Shown: positions 25,251-32,000 of the stretch, in pieces
Layout: each line of letters starts with the position of its first letter
How positions within the stretch are numbered: the stretch's first letter is position 1
Origin: Delftia acidovorans NBRC 14950
Lineage (GTDB): Bacteria > Pseudomonadota > Gammaproteobacteria > Burkholderiales > Burkholderiaceae_C
DNA length: 32,000 bases
Direction: 5' to 3'
NCBI RefSeq assembly: GCF_001598795.1
Contig: NZ_BCZP01000006.1
Span: 150,001-182,000 of the forward strand
Position numbers and translations under genes: made by a program
The notes under the pieces: generated by a model
What the model was told of the DNA's origin: nothing
The model's database searches: none
The model's input: the letters and a program-made list of their open reading frames with translations, nothing else

Positions 25251-25383
25251 GGCTGATCCTTTGGTTGTGCTTGTGGTGCAGGCAGGTTTCGCAGGGCCGC
25301 GGCCTGCCGTGGGTGGCGCGAGCCTAGCAGAGGCTTTTCAAAAGTGATAGCGTTGATTTCTTTGCAATCCCCAAGGAAATCTT

Positions 25384-26238
25384 TTGGAGACCCGCTATCT
25401 CAAGAGCCTAATCGCCGTGGTGGACAGCGGCTCCATCGCCGATGCGGCGCGCGCCGAGCACCTGACCGCCGCCGCCGTGGGCCAGCGCGTACAGGCGCTG
25501 GAGCGCGAACTGGGCTTTGCCCTGCTTTCGCGCAGCGGCCATGCGGCCCGCCCCACCCAGGCCTGCGTGGCCCTGCTGCCGCGCGCGCGGCGCCTGGTGC
25601 GCGAGGCCGCGCTGCTGGGCAGCGATGCCAGCGCCGATGGCCTGGCCGGCACGCTGCGCATCGGCGCCATCTCGACCGCGCTCACGGGCATGCTGCCGGC
25701 CGCGCTGCGCAAGCTCACGCAGGCGGCGCCACAGTGCCGGCCCGTCATCGTGCCGGGCACCTCGCGCGCGCTGTTCCAGATGCTGCAGGCCGGCGAGCTC
25801 GATGCCGCCGTCATCGTGGCGCCCCCTTTTGAACTGCCCAAGGCGCTGCGCAGCGTGCAGCTGCGCCGCGAGCCGCTGGTGCTGCTGGCCCCGCCCCAGG
25901 CACGCGGCCGGCCTGCCGCGCTGCTGCGCAGCCTGCCCTACATACGCTACGACCCCGATGCCTGGGGAGGCCGCCATGCGGCCGACTGGCTGGCCGACCA
26001 GGGCCTGGAGCCCGCGGTGCTGTGCGACCTGGACGCGCTGGAGGCCATTGCCATGCTGGCCGCCGACGGCATGGGGGTGGGCCTGGTGCCGCACTGGACG
26101 GGCCTGGAACGCTTCATGGGCGACTGCCGCATGCTGCCCATTGCAGGCGCCGCCTATGAGCGCGCCATCTTGCTGGTGACCAGCGCCGAGCCCGACCTGC
26201 CGCGCATGGCCGAGCTGCTGGAGGGCACACTCGCGTAG
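25384..26238 (+). CDS. LysR-family transcriptional regulator (divergent from VOC/ghrA-like pair)
   Basis: 284 aa. TTG start preceded by AAGGAAA at a 6-nt spacing; there is no in-frame ATG before the HTH. METRYLKSLIAVVDSGSIADAARAEHLTAAAVGQRVQALERELGFALLSRSG. An inverted repeat gatttc-N15-gaaatc (25355..25381) overlaps its RBS region. Confidence 0.88.
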   Translation: METRYLKSLIAVVDSGSIADAARAEHLTAAAVGQRVQALERELGFALLSRSGHAARPTQACVALLPRARRLVREAALLGSDASADGLAGTLRIGAISTALTGMLPAALRKLTQAAPQCRPVIVPGTSRALFQMLQAGELDAAVIVAPPFELPKALRSVQLRREPLVLLAPPQARGRPAALLRSLPYIRYDPDAWGGRHAADWLADQGLEPAVLCDLDALEAIAMLAADGMGVGLVPHWTGLERFMGDCRMLPIAGAAYERAILLVTSAEPDLPRMAELLEGTLA

Positions 26239-26254
26239 GTCGCGGCCTTCGTTC

Positions 26255-27259
26255 TCAATCCGCCTGCACGTAGCCCGTGACGCGGATCATCTCGCGGTAC
26301 TTGGCGATCTCGCGCGCATAGGCCGCCGCCGCATCGTCCAGGCCCATGGGCTTGGCGACGTCACGGCCGTCGGCCTCCAGCTTGGCGATGACCTGCGGGT
26401 CCAGCAGGGCCTGGCCGATGGCCTGGTTCAGGCGTTGCTTGACGTCCTGCGGCGTGCCGCGCTTGACGAAGTAGCCCGCCAGGCTGGCGTATTCGAAATC
26501 GCGCAGCGCCGGCACTTCGGTGATGCTGGGCACGGCCGACAGCACGGCAGGCCGGTTGCGCGACAGCACGGCCAGCGCCCGGAAACGGCCGGTGCGGATC
26601 ATCTCCAGCATGGACGCCTGGAACGGCATGATGCTGAAGTCGATCTGGCCGCCGGCCAGGTCCTGGATCACGGGCGCCGTGCCCGCATAGGGCGCGTGGG
26701 TGAACGGCACCTTCACCACCTTGCCCATGTACTCCGTGATCAGATGGTAGAGCGAGCCCACGCCCACCGAGCCATAGGTCAGCGAATTGCTTTCGTTGCG
26801 CGAGCGCGCCAGCGCCAGGAACTCTTCCATGTTCCGGGCCGGCAGGCCAGAACGCACCAGCAGCACCAGGTGGGTGACGGTGATGTACTGCAGGTTTTCG
26901 AACGCATCGGGCTGGTAGCGCACGGCCTTGTTGGTGAGCGGCGGCAGGATGAGTTCGTTTTGCGTGCCCTGGAAGAACATGCTGCCGTCGGCCCTGGCGC
27001 CCAGCACTTTGGATGCGGCAATCGTCCCCGTGGCGCCGCCCAGGTTCTCCACGATCACTTTGGCCGCCAGTCCCTCGCCTATGGGCTTGCTCAGAATGCG
27101 GGCGCTGACGTCGCTGGGCCCGCCTGCCGGGTAGGGCACCATCAGGCTGACCGGGCCGGGCGCCGAGGCCGCGGCAGGCTGCAGCATCAGGGGCGCCAGC
27201 GGCAGGCCGGCGGCGATTTTCAGGAGCGAGCGGCGTGTGGGCAAGGCAAGTGGATTCAT
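26255..27259 (-). CDS. Bug-family (TctC-like) substrate-binding protein with Tat-like signal
   Basis: 334 aa. MNPLALPTRRSLLKIAAGLPLAPLMLQPAAASA is the signal, followed by ..VSLMVPYPAGGPSDVSARILSKPIGEGLAAKVIVENLGGATGTIAASKV.. Downstream of the M20 gene on the same strand, 51-nt spacer. Confidence 0.9.
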   Translation of the reverse strand: MNPLALPTRRSLLKIAAGLPLAPLMLQPAAASAPGPVSLMVPYPAGGPSDVSARILSKPIGEGLAAKVIVENLGGATGTIAASKVLGARADGSMFFQGTQNELILPPLTNKAVRYQPDAFENLQYITVTHLVLLVRSGLPARNMEEFLALARSRNESNSLTYGSVGVGSLYHLITEYMGKVVKVPFTHAPYAGTAPVIQDLAGGQIDFSIMPFQASMLEMIRTGRFRALAVLSRNRPAVLSAVPSITEVPALRDFEYASLAGYFVKRGTPQDVKQRLNQAIGQALLDPQVIAKLEADGRDVAKPMGLDDAAAAYAREIAKYREMIRVTGYVQAD

Positions 27260-27310
27260 GGAAGTGCACCAGGCAGTGGCTTGAGGGGGAAGGCGGGAAT
27301 CAGGCGCGCC

Positions 27311-28498
27311 CTACCACCGGGCGTGGGGCAGGCGTGCAATGGTGTGGAGCACCGCCAGGCCGCGCGGGACGATGGTGTCCACCTCGCAGTACTCGTCGGT
27401 GGTGTGGAACTTGCCGCCCACGGGTCCGGTGCCGCACAGCGTGATGGCGCCCAGGCTGGAGGTCACGCCCGAGTCCGCGCAGCCGCCGCTGAACTCGCCC
27501 TCGGCCTTGTGGCCCAGCGCGCCCAGTTCGGCCTGGTACAGCTCGAACAATTGCTGCGACTGCGGCGTGGGCACGAAGGGGCGGAACTCGCCGGTGATGT
27601 TCAGCGTGGAGCGCGTGCCCTGGATGAAGGACTTGTCGCAGATGCAGCGGATGCGGCCCACCAGGGACTCGCGCTGGTCCAGGTCGAAGATGCGCAGGTC
27701 GATGGCCGCCTTGGCCGACGGCGCCGACGTGTTCACCGACAGGCCGCCCGACACCAGGCCCACGTTGACGGTGACGCCCTTGTCCAGGTCGGTGAGCGCG
27801 TCCAGCGCCACCACCTTGTGCGCCAGCTCCGAGATGGCGCTGATGCCCTCGGCGAAGTTGGCGCCCGAGTGCGCCGCCTTGCCCTCGATCTCCACGCCGA
27901 AGAACACGCCGCCCTTGCGGCCCGTGACCACGTTGCCCGAAGGCCGGCCCGGCTCCGCATTGAAGACAAAGCCCGCCTTGCGCGCAAAGGGCTCGATGAC
28001 GGACTTGCTCAGGGGCGAGCCGATTTCCTCGTCGCAGGTGAACAGGCCCGTGACCTCGGGCGCAGGCTCCGCGCTGTGGGCCAGCGCAGCCAGCAGGAAG
28101 GCGTTCATGACGATGCCCGACTTCATGTCGGCCACGCCCGGGCCGTAGGCCCTGCCGCCTTCGATGCGAAACGGCCTGCGCGCGGCCTCGCCTTCAGGGA
28201 AGACCGTGTCGCAGTGCCCCATCAGCAGCACGGGCCTGCCCACGGTGCTGCCCGCGTTCACGGTGACCGAGATCGCCGCCTCCACGCCATCGACGAAATG
28301 CGGGCTGACCTGCAGCCCCTGGCCCAGGAAGAAGACCTCCAGGCGCCGGAACACGCGCGCCACGCCAGGCTTGTCGAAGCTGCCCGAGTCGATGTTGACG
28401 ATGTCCGCCAGCAGCGAAAGCATGTTCTCCCGCTGGCCCTTGATCCACTCCGACGCGCCGACCGCCCGGTCCGCACTGACAATGGCTTGCTGTGGCAT
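27311..28498 (-). CDS. M20-family metallopeptidase (carboxypeptidase G2 / glutamate carboxypeptidase-like)
   Basis: 395 aa, ATG preceded by GGAGG. Metal-ligand motifs in the usual order: ..LLMGHCDTVF.., ..YGPGVADMKSG.., ..FTCDEEIGS.., ..GKAAHSG.., ..HTTDEY... Confidence 0.9.
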   Translation of the reverse strand: MPQQAIVSADRAVGASEWIKGQRENMLSLLADIVNIDSGSFDKPGVARVFRRLEVFFLGQGLQVSPHFVDGVEAAISVTVNAGSTVGRPVLLMGHCDTVFPEGEAARRPFRIEGGRAYGPGVADMKSGIVMNAFLLAALAHSAEPAPEVTGLFTCDEEIGSPLSKSVIEPFARKAGFVFNAEPGRPSGNVVTGRKGGVFFGVEIEGKAAHSGANFAEGISAISELAHKVVALDALTDLDKGVTVNVGLVSGGLSVNTSAPSAKAAIDLRIFDLDQRESLVGRIRCICDKSFIQGTRSTLNITGEFRPFVPTPQSQQLFELYQAELGALGHKAEGEFSGGCADSGVTSSLGAITLCGTGPVGGKFHTTDEYCEVDTIVPRGLAVLHTIARLPHARW

Positions 28499-28517
28499 CC
28501 GCTGCCTCCGTATTTTT

Positions 28518-28545
28518 CAATACTTGGTATTGTTATTTAATACTT
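28518..28545. promoter_or_regulatory. Candidate IclR operator in the M20/IclR divergent spacer
   Basis: Perfect palindrome caatac-ttg-gtattg (28518..28532), with the half-site aatactt repeated 20 bp downstream (28519..28525 and 28539..28545). This is the most AT-rich stretch of the 70-bp spacer between ATG 28498 (minus) and ATG 28569 (plus). Confidence 0.45.
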
Positions 28546-28568
28546 CAGATTCACAATCAGGTAAAACG

Positions 28569-29333
28569 ATGATCGAAAACGCGTTGTATGTGGGTTCCGT
28601 GGGCAAGGCATTCCGCGTGCTGGACTGCTTCAAGGGCGCGGCGGGCGACCTGAGCCTCACGGAAATCATGGAGCGCAGCGGCCTGGACAAGAGCGCCGCC
28701 CAGCGCTACGCCTACACCCTCAGCGCCGAGGGCTACCTGCAGCAAAACAGCCAGACCCGCCGCTACCGGCTGGGCCCGGGCGTGCTGGACCTGACCTTCC
28801 ATTTCCTGCGCACCCATGCGCTGGCCGAGGCGCTCAACCCCCTGCTGCTGCAGCTGTCCAAGGACACGGAGCAGAAGATCAGCCTGTCGCTGCGCGACGG
28901 CGACTGGCTGGTGCACGTGCTGCGCCACCAGACCAGCACCGAGCACTACCACGCCTCGCTCGTGGGCCGGCGCGTGCCCCTGCAATGCACGGCGGGCGGG
29001 CGCGCCGTGATGGCACGGCTGGACGAGGCGCAGGTGGCCCAGCTGCTGGCCCCCGGCCGCCTGGTGGCCAGCACGCCCCGGACGCTGACCACCGCCAAGG
29101 CCGTCCAGGCGGAACTGAAGAAGGTGCGCGAGCGCGGCTACGCCATGGTGGTCGATGAATTCATCATGGGCGAGGTCGCGCTGGCCGCCGCCGTGGTCGA
29201 TGCCGACGGCGTGCCGCTGGGCGCCCTGCACCTGAGCGGATCGTCAAGCCAGTGGAGCGGCGCCGACTACGCGAAGAAGTTCTCGCCTCTGCTGCTCAAC
29301 GCCATCGCCCAGTACGAGCGGCGCAACGCGTAG
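28569..29333 (+). CDS. IclR-family transcriptional regulator
   Basis: ORF 28164..29333 trimmed to the in-frame ATG at 28569. MIENALYVGSVGKAFRVLDCFKGAAGDLSLTEIMERSGLDKSAAQRYAYTLSAEGYLQQ (wHTH) followed by an IclR effector domain (..CTAGGRAVMA..RGYAMVVDEFIMGEVALAAAVVDADG..GALHLSG..). 254 aa. Confidence 0.9.
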   Translation: MIENALYVGSVGKAFRVLDCFKGAAGDLSLTEIMERSGLDKSAAQRYAYTLSAEGYLQQNSQTRRYRLGPGVLDLTFHFLRTHALAEALNPLLLQLSKDTEQKISLSLRDGDWLVHVLRHQTSTEHYHASLVGRRVPLQCTAGGRAVMARLDEAQVAQLLAPGRLVASTPRTLTTAKAVQAELKKVRERGYAMVVDEFIMGEVALAAAVVDADGVPLGALHLSGSSSQWSGADYAKKFSPLLLNAIAQYERRNA

Positions 29334-29397
29334 CGCCTGCCGTCCAGCGCGGATCCCGCTATACTGCGCCCCTTCTTTCTTGAACGAGCTGCTGCAG

Positions 29398-29437
29398 GAA
29401 AGACGTTTTCCGGGCCTTTGCCGCCCGGGTGTCTTTC
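29398..29437 (+). other. Composite stem-loop in the IclR-rtcB spacer (leader structure or atypical terminator)
   Basis: Outer stem gaaagac (29398..29404) / gtctttc (29431..29437). Inner stem ccgggc (29410..29415) / gcccgg (29423..29428), with a 7-nt loop ctttgcc. That gives 13 bp in total with a small internal loop. It lies 60 nt upstream of the rtcB ATG and 65 nt after the IclR stop. No clean U-run follows. Confidence 0.4.
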
Positions 29438-29496
29438 ATCGTCCGTACACCCACCGGACGCGGCGAGCGCCAACCAGGCCTCGCGGATCTGCAGCC

Positions 29497-30915
29497 ATGA
29501 GCACTCCTCAACGACTCCAGCGTGCCTTTGCACGCACGGGCATCTCCCTCGACTATCGCGACGGCATCTACCACGTGCGCGATGGCCAGGCCGAGGCCCA
29601 CATTCTTCTTCCCGACAGCCTTCCCCTGGAGGACAAGGCCGTGCGCCAGTTGCTGGCCTTTGCGGCCGTGCGCCGGCATGACGGCCAGGGCAGCCATGGC
29701 GCCGTCTGCCGCGCCTGCGCCACGCCCGACTTCCATCCGGGCACGGTGGCGCCCGTGGGCAGCGTGGTGGCCACGCCATCGGACTTCGTCATTCCGGCCG
29801 CCATCGGCACGGACATCAACTGCAGCGTGCGCCTGCTGACCACGGGCGCCCGGCTGGACCAGCTGGCGCCACACAAGGGCCGGCTGGTGGAACTGCTGAC
29901 CGCCAGCCTGCTGGGCAGCGGGCGCGACGTGCCCGTGACCACGGCCGCCTTCCGCGCGCTGTTCGACCACGGGCCGGCCGCCTTTGTGGACCGGCTGAGC
30001 GGCCAGGGCCTGTGGGGCCATGTCGACAGGGATCGCCTGCACCGCGAGCTGGCCGCCTGCATCGGCCTGGACAGCTTCGCGGGCAGCGCCCGCCACGCGC
30101 CCCATGCCTATCTGCAGGAGCGCCATGCCGTGTTCCGCGACCCGTGCCTGGGCACGGTGGGATCGGGCAACCATTTCGTGGAACTGCAGGTGGTCGACGA
30201 GGTGCTGGACCGCCACGCGGCCTACCGCGCCGGCCTGCGCGCGGGCGACGTGGTGGTGATGATCCACAGCGGCTCGCGCGACCTGGGCTTTTACGTGGGC
30301 CAGGCCTGGATGGACCGCGCCCGGGCCGAGTGGCCGCAAGGCGTGAAGCACCCGGCCAGCGGCCTGTACGGCCTGTCGGGTCCGCTGGCCGGCGAGTACC
30401 TGCAGGCCATGGGCGTGGCGGCGCGCTATGCCTGGGCCAACCGCGTGGTGCTGGCCGAGCTGGTGCGCAAGGACCTGGAGCAGATCGTGGGCGCAGCGGA
30501 TTCGCGCCTGGTGGTCGATGTGCCGCACAACGTGGTCCTGCAGCAAGGCGGCATGAACATCCACCGCAAGGGCGCCACACCGGCCAACGAGGGCGACTTC
30601 GCGCTGATCCCGGGGTCCATGGGCGATGCCTCGTACCTGGTCACGGGCCTGGGCGCGGCCGACTGGCTCTGGTCCTGCAGCCATGGCGCGGGGCGGCGCA
30701 TGCGCCGCCAGGCCGTGCGCGCGCTCCGGCCCGAAGCCCGTGCAGGCCATGCGGGCGAACAGGGCTGGCAATGCGTGACGCTGCGCGAGGAGCGCCGCAT
30801 CGAGGAGGCGCCCGAAGCCTACAAGCCCATCGGCCCGGTCATCGAGTCGCAGGAGGCCGCCGGCCTGATCCACGCCGCCGTGAAGCTCAGGCCCTGGATC
30901 ACCTTCAAGGCCTGA
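29497..30915 (+). CDS. rtcB: RtcB-family RNA 3'-phosphate/5'-hydroxyl ligase homologue (long, 472 aa)
   Basis: ORF 29380..30915 (TTG) trimmed to ATG 29497. RtcB motifs occur in canonical order: TPDFHPGTVAPVGSVV, IPAAIGTDINCS (E. coli has DIGCG here), GTVGSGNHFVELQ, VMIHSGSRDLG, DVPHNVV, IHRKGATP, ALIPGSMGDASYLV, SCSHGAGRRM, EAPEAYKPI, and the C-terminus ..LRPWITFKA. Confidence 0.9.
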   Translation: MSTPQRLQRAFARTGISLDYRDGIYHVRDGQAEAHILLPDSLPLEDKAVRQLLAFAAVRRHDGQGSHGAVCRACATPDFHPGTVAPVGSVVATPSDFVIPAAIGTDINCSVRLLTTGARLDQLAPHKGRLVELLTASLLGSGRDVPVTTAAFRALFDHGPAAFVDRLSGQGLWGHVDRDRLHRELAACIGLDSFAGSARHAPHAYLQERHAVFRDPCLGTVGSGNHFVELQVVDEVLDRHAAYRAGLRAGDVVVMIHSGSRDLGFYVGQAWMDRARAEWPQGVKHPASGLYGLSGPLAGEYLQAMGVAARYAWANRVVLAELVRKDLEQIVGAADSRLVVDVPHNVVLQQGGMNIHRKGATPANEGDFALIPGSMGDASYLVTGLGAADWLWSCSHGAGRRMRRQAVRALRPEARAGHAGEQGWQCVTLREERRIEEAPEAYKPIGPVIESQEAAGLIHAAVKLRPWITFKA

Positions 30916-30930
30916 GCACCGGCAGGCGCC

Positions 30931-32000
30931 TCACTGCAGCCGCAAGCCGTCCGCCGCACGGTCCTGGGCCAGCTTGCGGTACAGCGTCTGGCGGCTGATG
31001 CCCAGCATGCGCGCGGCCTGGGTGACATTGCCCCGGCAGTTCTCCAGCGCCTGCCGCACGGCCGAGCGCGAGAGTTCATCCAGGCTCTGCGGCGCAGCGT
31101 CGAGCCGGGGGCCGCTGCGGGCGGTCTGCGCCAGCTCGGCCTGGAAGTCGTCGGGCAGGTGCTGCCACTGCAGGCAGTCCTCATGAGGGTCGAGCATGGC
31201 GCAGGCCGTTCTCAGCACGCTGGCGCACTGGCGCAGATTGCCGGGCCAGCCATGGCCGGCCAGCTGGGCCAGCAGGGCCGGTGCCATGTGCAGCGGGCGC
31301 GCGGGTTCGATGTCGGCCAGCATGCGCGCGGCCAGCGCCTCGAAGTCGCCGCGCTCGCGCAGCGGAGGCAGCTCCACGGCCAGGCCGTTGATGCGGTAGT
31401 ACAGGTCGGCACGAAAGCGGCCCTGGTCGGCATCCTCGCGCAGCCTGCGGTTGGAGGCGCTGACCAGCGCGAAATCGACCGCAACGGGCGTGCCACCGCC
31501 CAGCGGCACCACCTGCCGCTCCTGCAGCACGCGCAGCAGCCGGGTCTGCAGCGACAGCGGCATGTCGCCGATCTCGTCCAGGAACAGGGTGCCGCCGTGC
31601 GCCTGGCGCAGCAGGCCCGCCTGTCCTTCTCGCCGCCCGCCCGTGAAGGCGCCCTGGCGGTAGCCGAACAGCTCGGCCTCGATCAGCGACTCGGGCATGG
31701 CCGCGCAGTTGATGGCCACGAAGGGGCCGTCGCGGCGTGGCCCGCTGTCGTGGGCCGCGCGCGCAAACCATTCCTTGCCCACGCCGGACTCGCCCTGGAT
31801 GAGCAGCGCAATCGGCTTGCCCAGCACGCGCCGGGCCTTGTCGGCCGCCGTGCGCCAGCGCGCATCGCCCGTGTCCAGCCGCGCCAGCGCATCGCGCGCC
31901 GGCTGCTGCGGCGCCTGTTGCTGTTGCTGCTGTTCTGCAACCCGCTCCACGACCGAGGACCGGACCGTGCGCCGGTCCGGCACCAGCTGGCCGAATAGCG
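30931..32000 (-). CDS. Sigma-54-dependent enhancer-binding protein, Fis-type HTH (5' end beyond the right edge)
   Basis: The frame stays open from 31983 to base 32000, so the track's GTG is not the true start. AAA+ core: LIQGESGVGKEWFA (Walker A), ELFGYRQGAFTGG (GAFTGA-type loop), TLFLDEIGDM (Walker B), ..DLYYRINGL... C-terminal HTH NVTQAARMLGISRQTLYRKL. A Gln-rich linker (QQQQQQAPQQ, 31903..31932) precedes the AAA+ domain. The sensory N-domain is not visible. Confidence 0.9.
   Translation of the reverse strand, partial: LFGQLVPDRRTVRSSVVERVAEQQQQQQAPQQPARDALARLDTGDARWRTAADKARRVLGKPIALLIQGESGVGKEWFARAAHDSGPRRDGPFVAINCAAMPESLIEAELFGYRQGAFTGGRREGQAGLLRQAHGGTLFLDEIGDMPLSLQTRLLRVLQERQVVPLGGGTPVAVDFALVSASNRRLREDADQGRFRADLYYRINGLAVELPPLRERGDFEALAARMLADIEPARPLHMAPALLAQLAGHGWPGNLRQCASVLRTACAMLDPHEDCLQWQHLPDDFQAELAQTARSGPRLDAAPQSLDELSRSAVRQALENCRGNVTQAARMLGISRQTLYRKLAQDRAADGLRLQ

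Noticed and set aside
29334-29496. A sigma-54 (-24 GG / -12 GC) promoter upstream of rtcB, as in E. coli rtcBA.
   Set aside because: Reading the 163-nt spacer by eye, I found no TGGCAC-N5-TTGC-like element with correct GG-N10-GC spacing. The only TTGC (around 29419) has TT, not GG, 12 nt upstream. A matrix scan would be needed to exclude a degenerate site.

Overview
Very GC-rich (third codon positions are almost all G/C), gene-dense chromosomal segment. I call 28 protein-coding genes, two of them truncated by the window edges. I recognise no rRNA, tRNA, CRISPR array, transposase or integrase.

The gene content fits a Burkholderiales betaproteobacterium (Comamonadaceae/Alcaligenaceae-like): orphan Bug/TctC-type binding proteins, an Omp32-like porin ending ...RHDF, five LysR regulators, and six ATGA stop/start overlaps. 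That taxon call is inference only.

Modules, left to right:
1. 1-5510, minus strand: Fur-box-controlled AraC-type regulator, then TonB-dependent siderophore receptor, periplasmic binding protein and FecCD permease. The ATPase is presumably beyond the left edge.
2. 5760-9535: two-subunit IorAB-type molybdoenzyme (2Fe-2S subunit plus a Mo subunit with a Tat signal), with a convergent LysR gene.
3. 9620-12491: translationally coupled qor-lysR-eamA operon.
4. 12622-22322: porin, Bug binding protein, COG0523 G3E GTPase, unknown 121-aa protein, hyuB, hyuA, FAH-family hydrolase, and a divergent LysR gene.
5. 22409-26238: two divergent pairs, ridA/LysR and ghrA-like dehydrogenase + VOC protein/LysR.
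6. 26255-29333: M20 (carboxypeptidase G2-like) peptidase + Bug binding protein, with a divergent IclR regulator.
7. 29497-32000: stand-alone long RtcB RNA-ligase homologue, convergent with a sigma-54 enhancer-binding protein whose 5' end lies beyond the right edge.

I see no defence island, toxin-antitoxin pair or mobile element. The best candidate for something undescribed is the tightly coupled hyuA-hyuB-orf121-COG0523 cassette: a hydantoinase/oxoprolinase-type ATP-dependent enzyme with a dedicated metallochaperone GTPase and an unrecognisable small partner. The second candidate is the orphan RtcB with a structured upstream spacer.

All protein-family calls rest on motif recognition by eye and on gene context, not on database searches.
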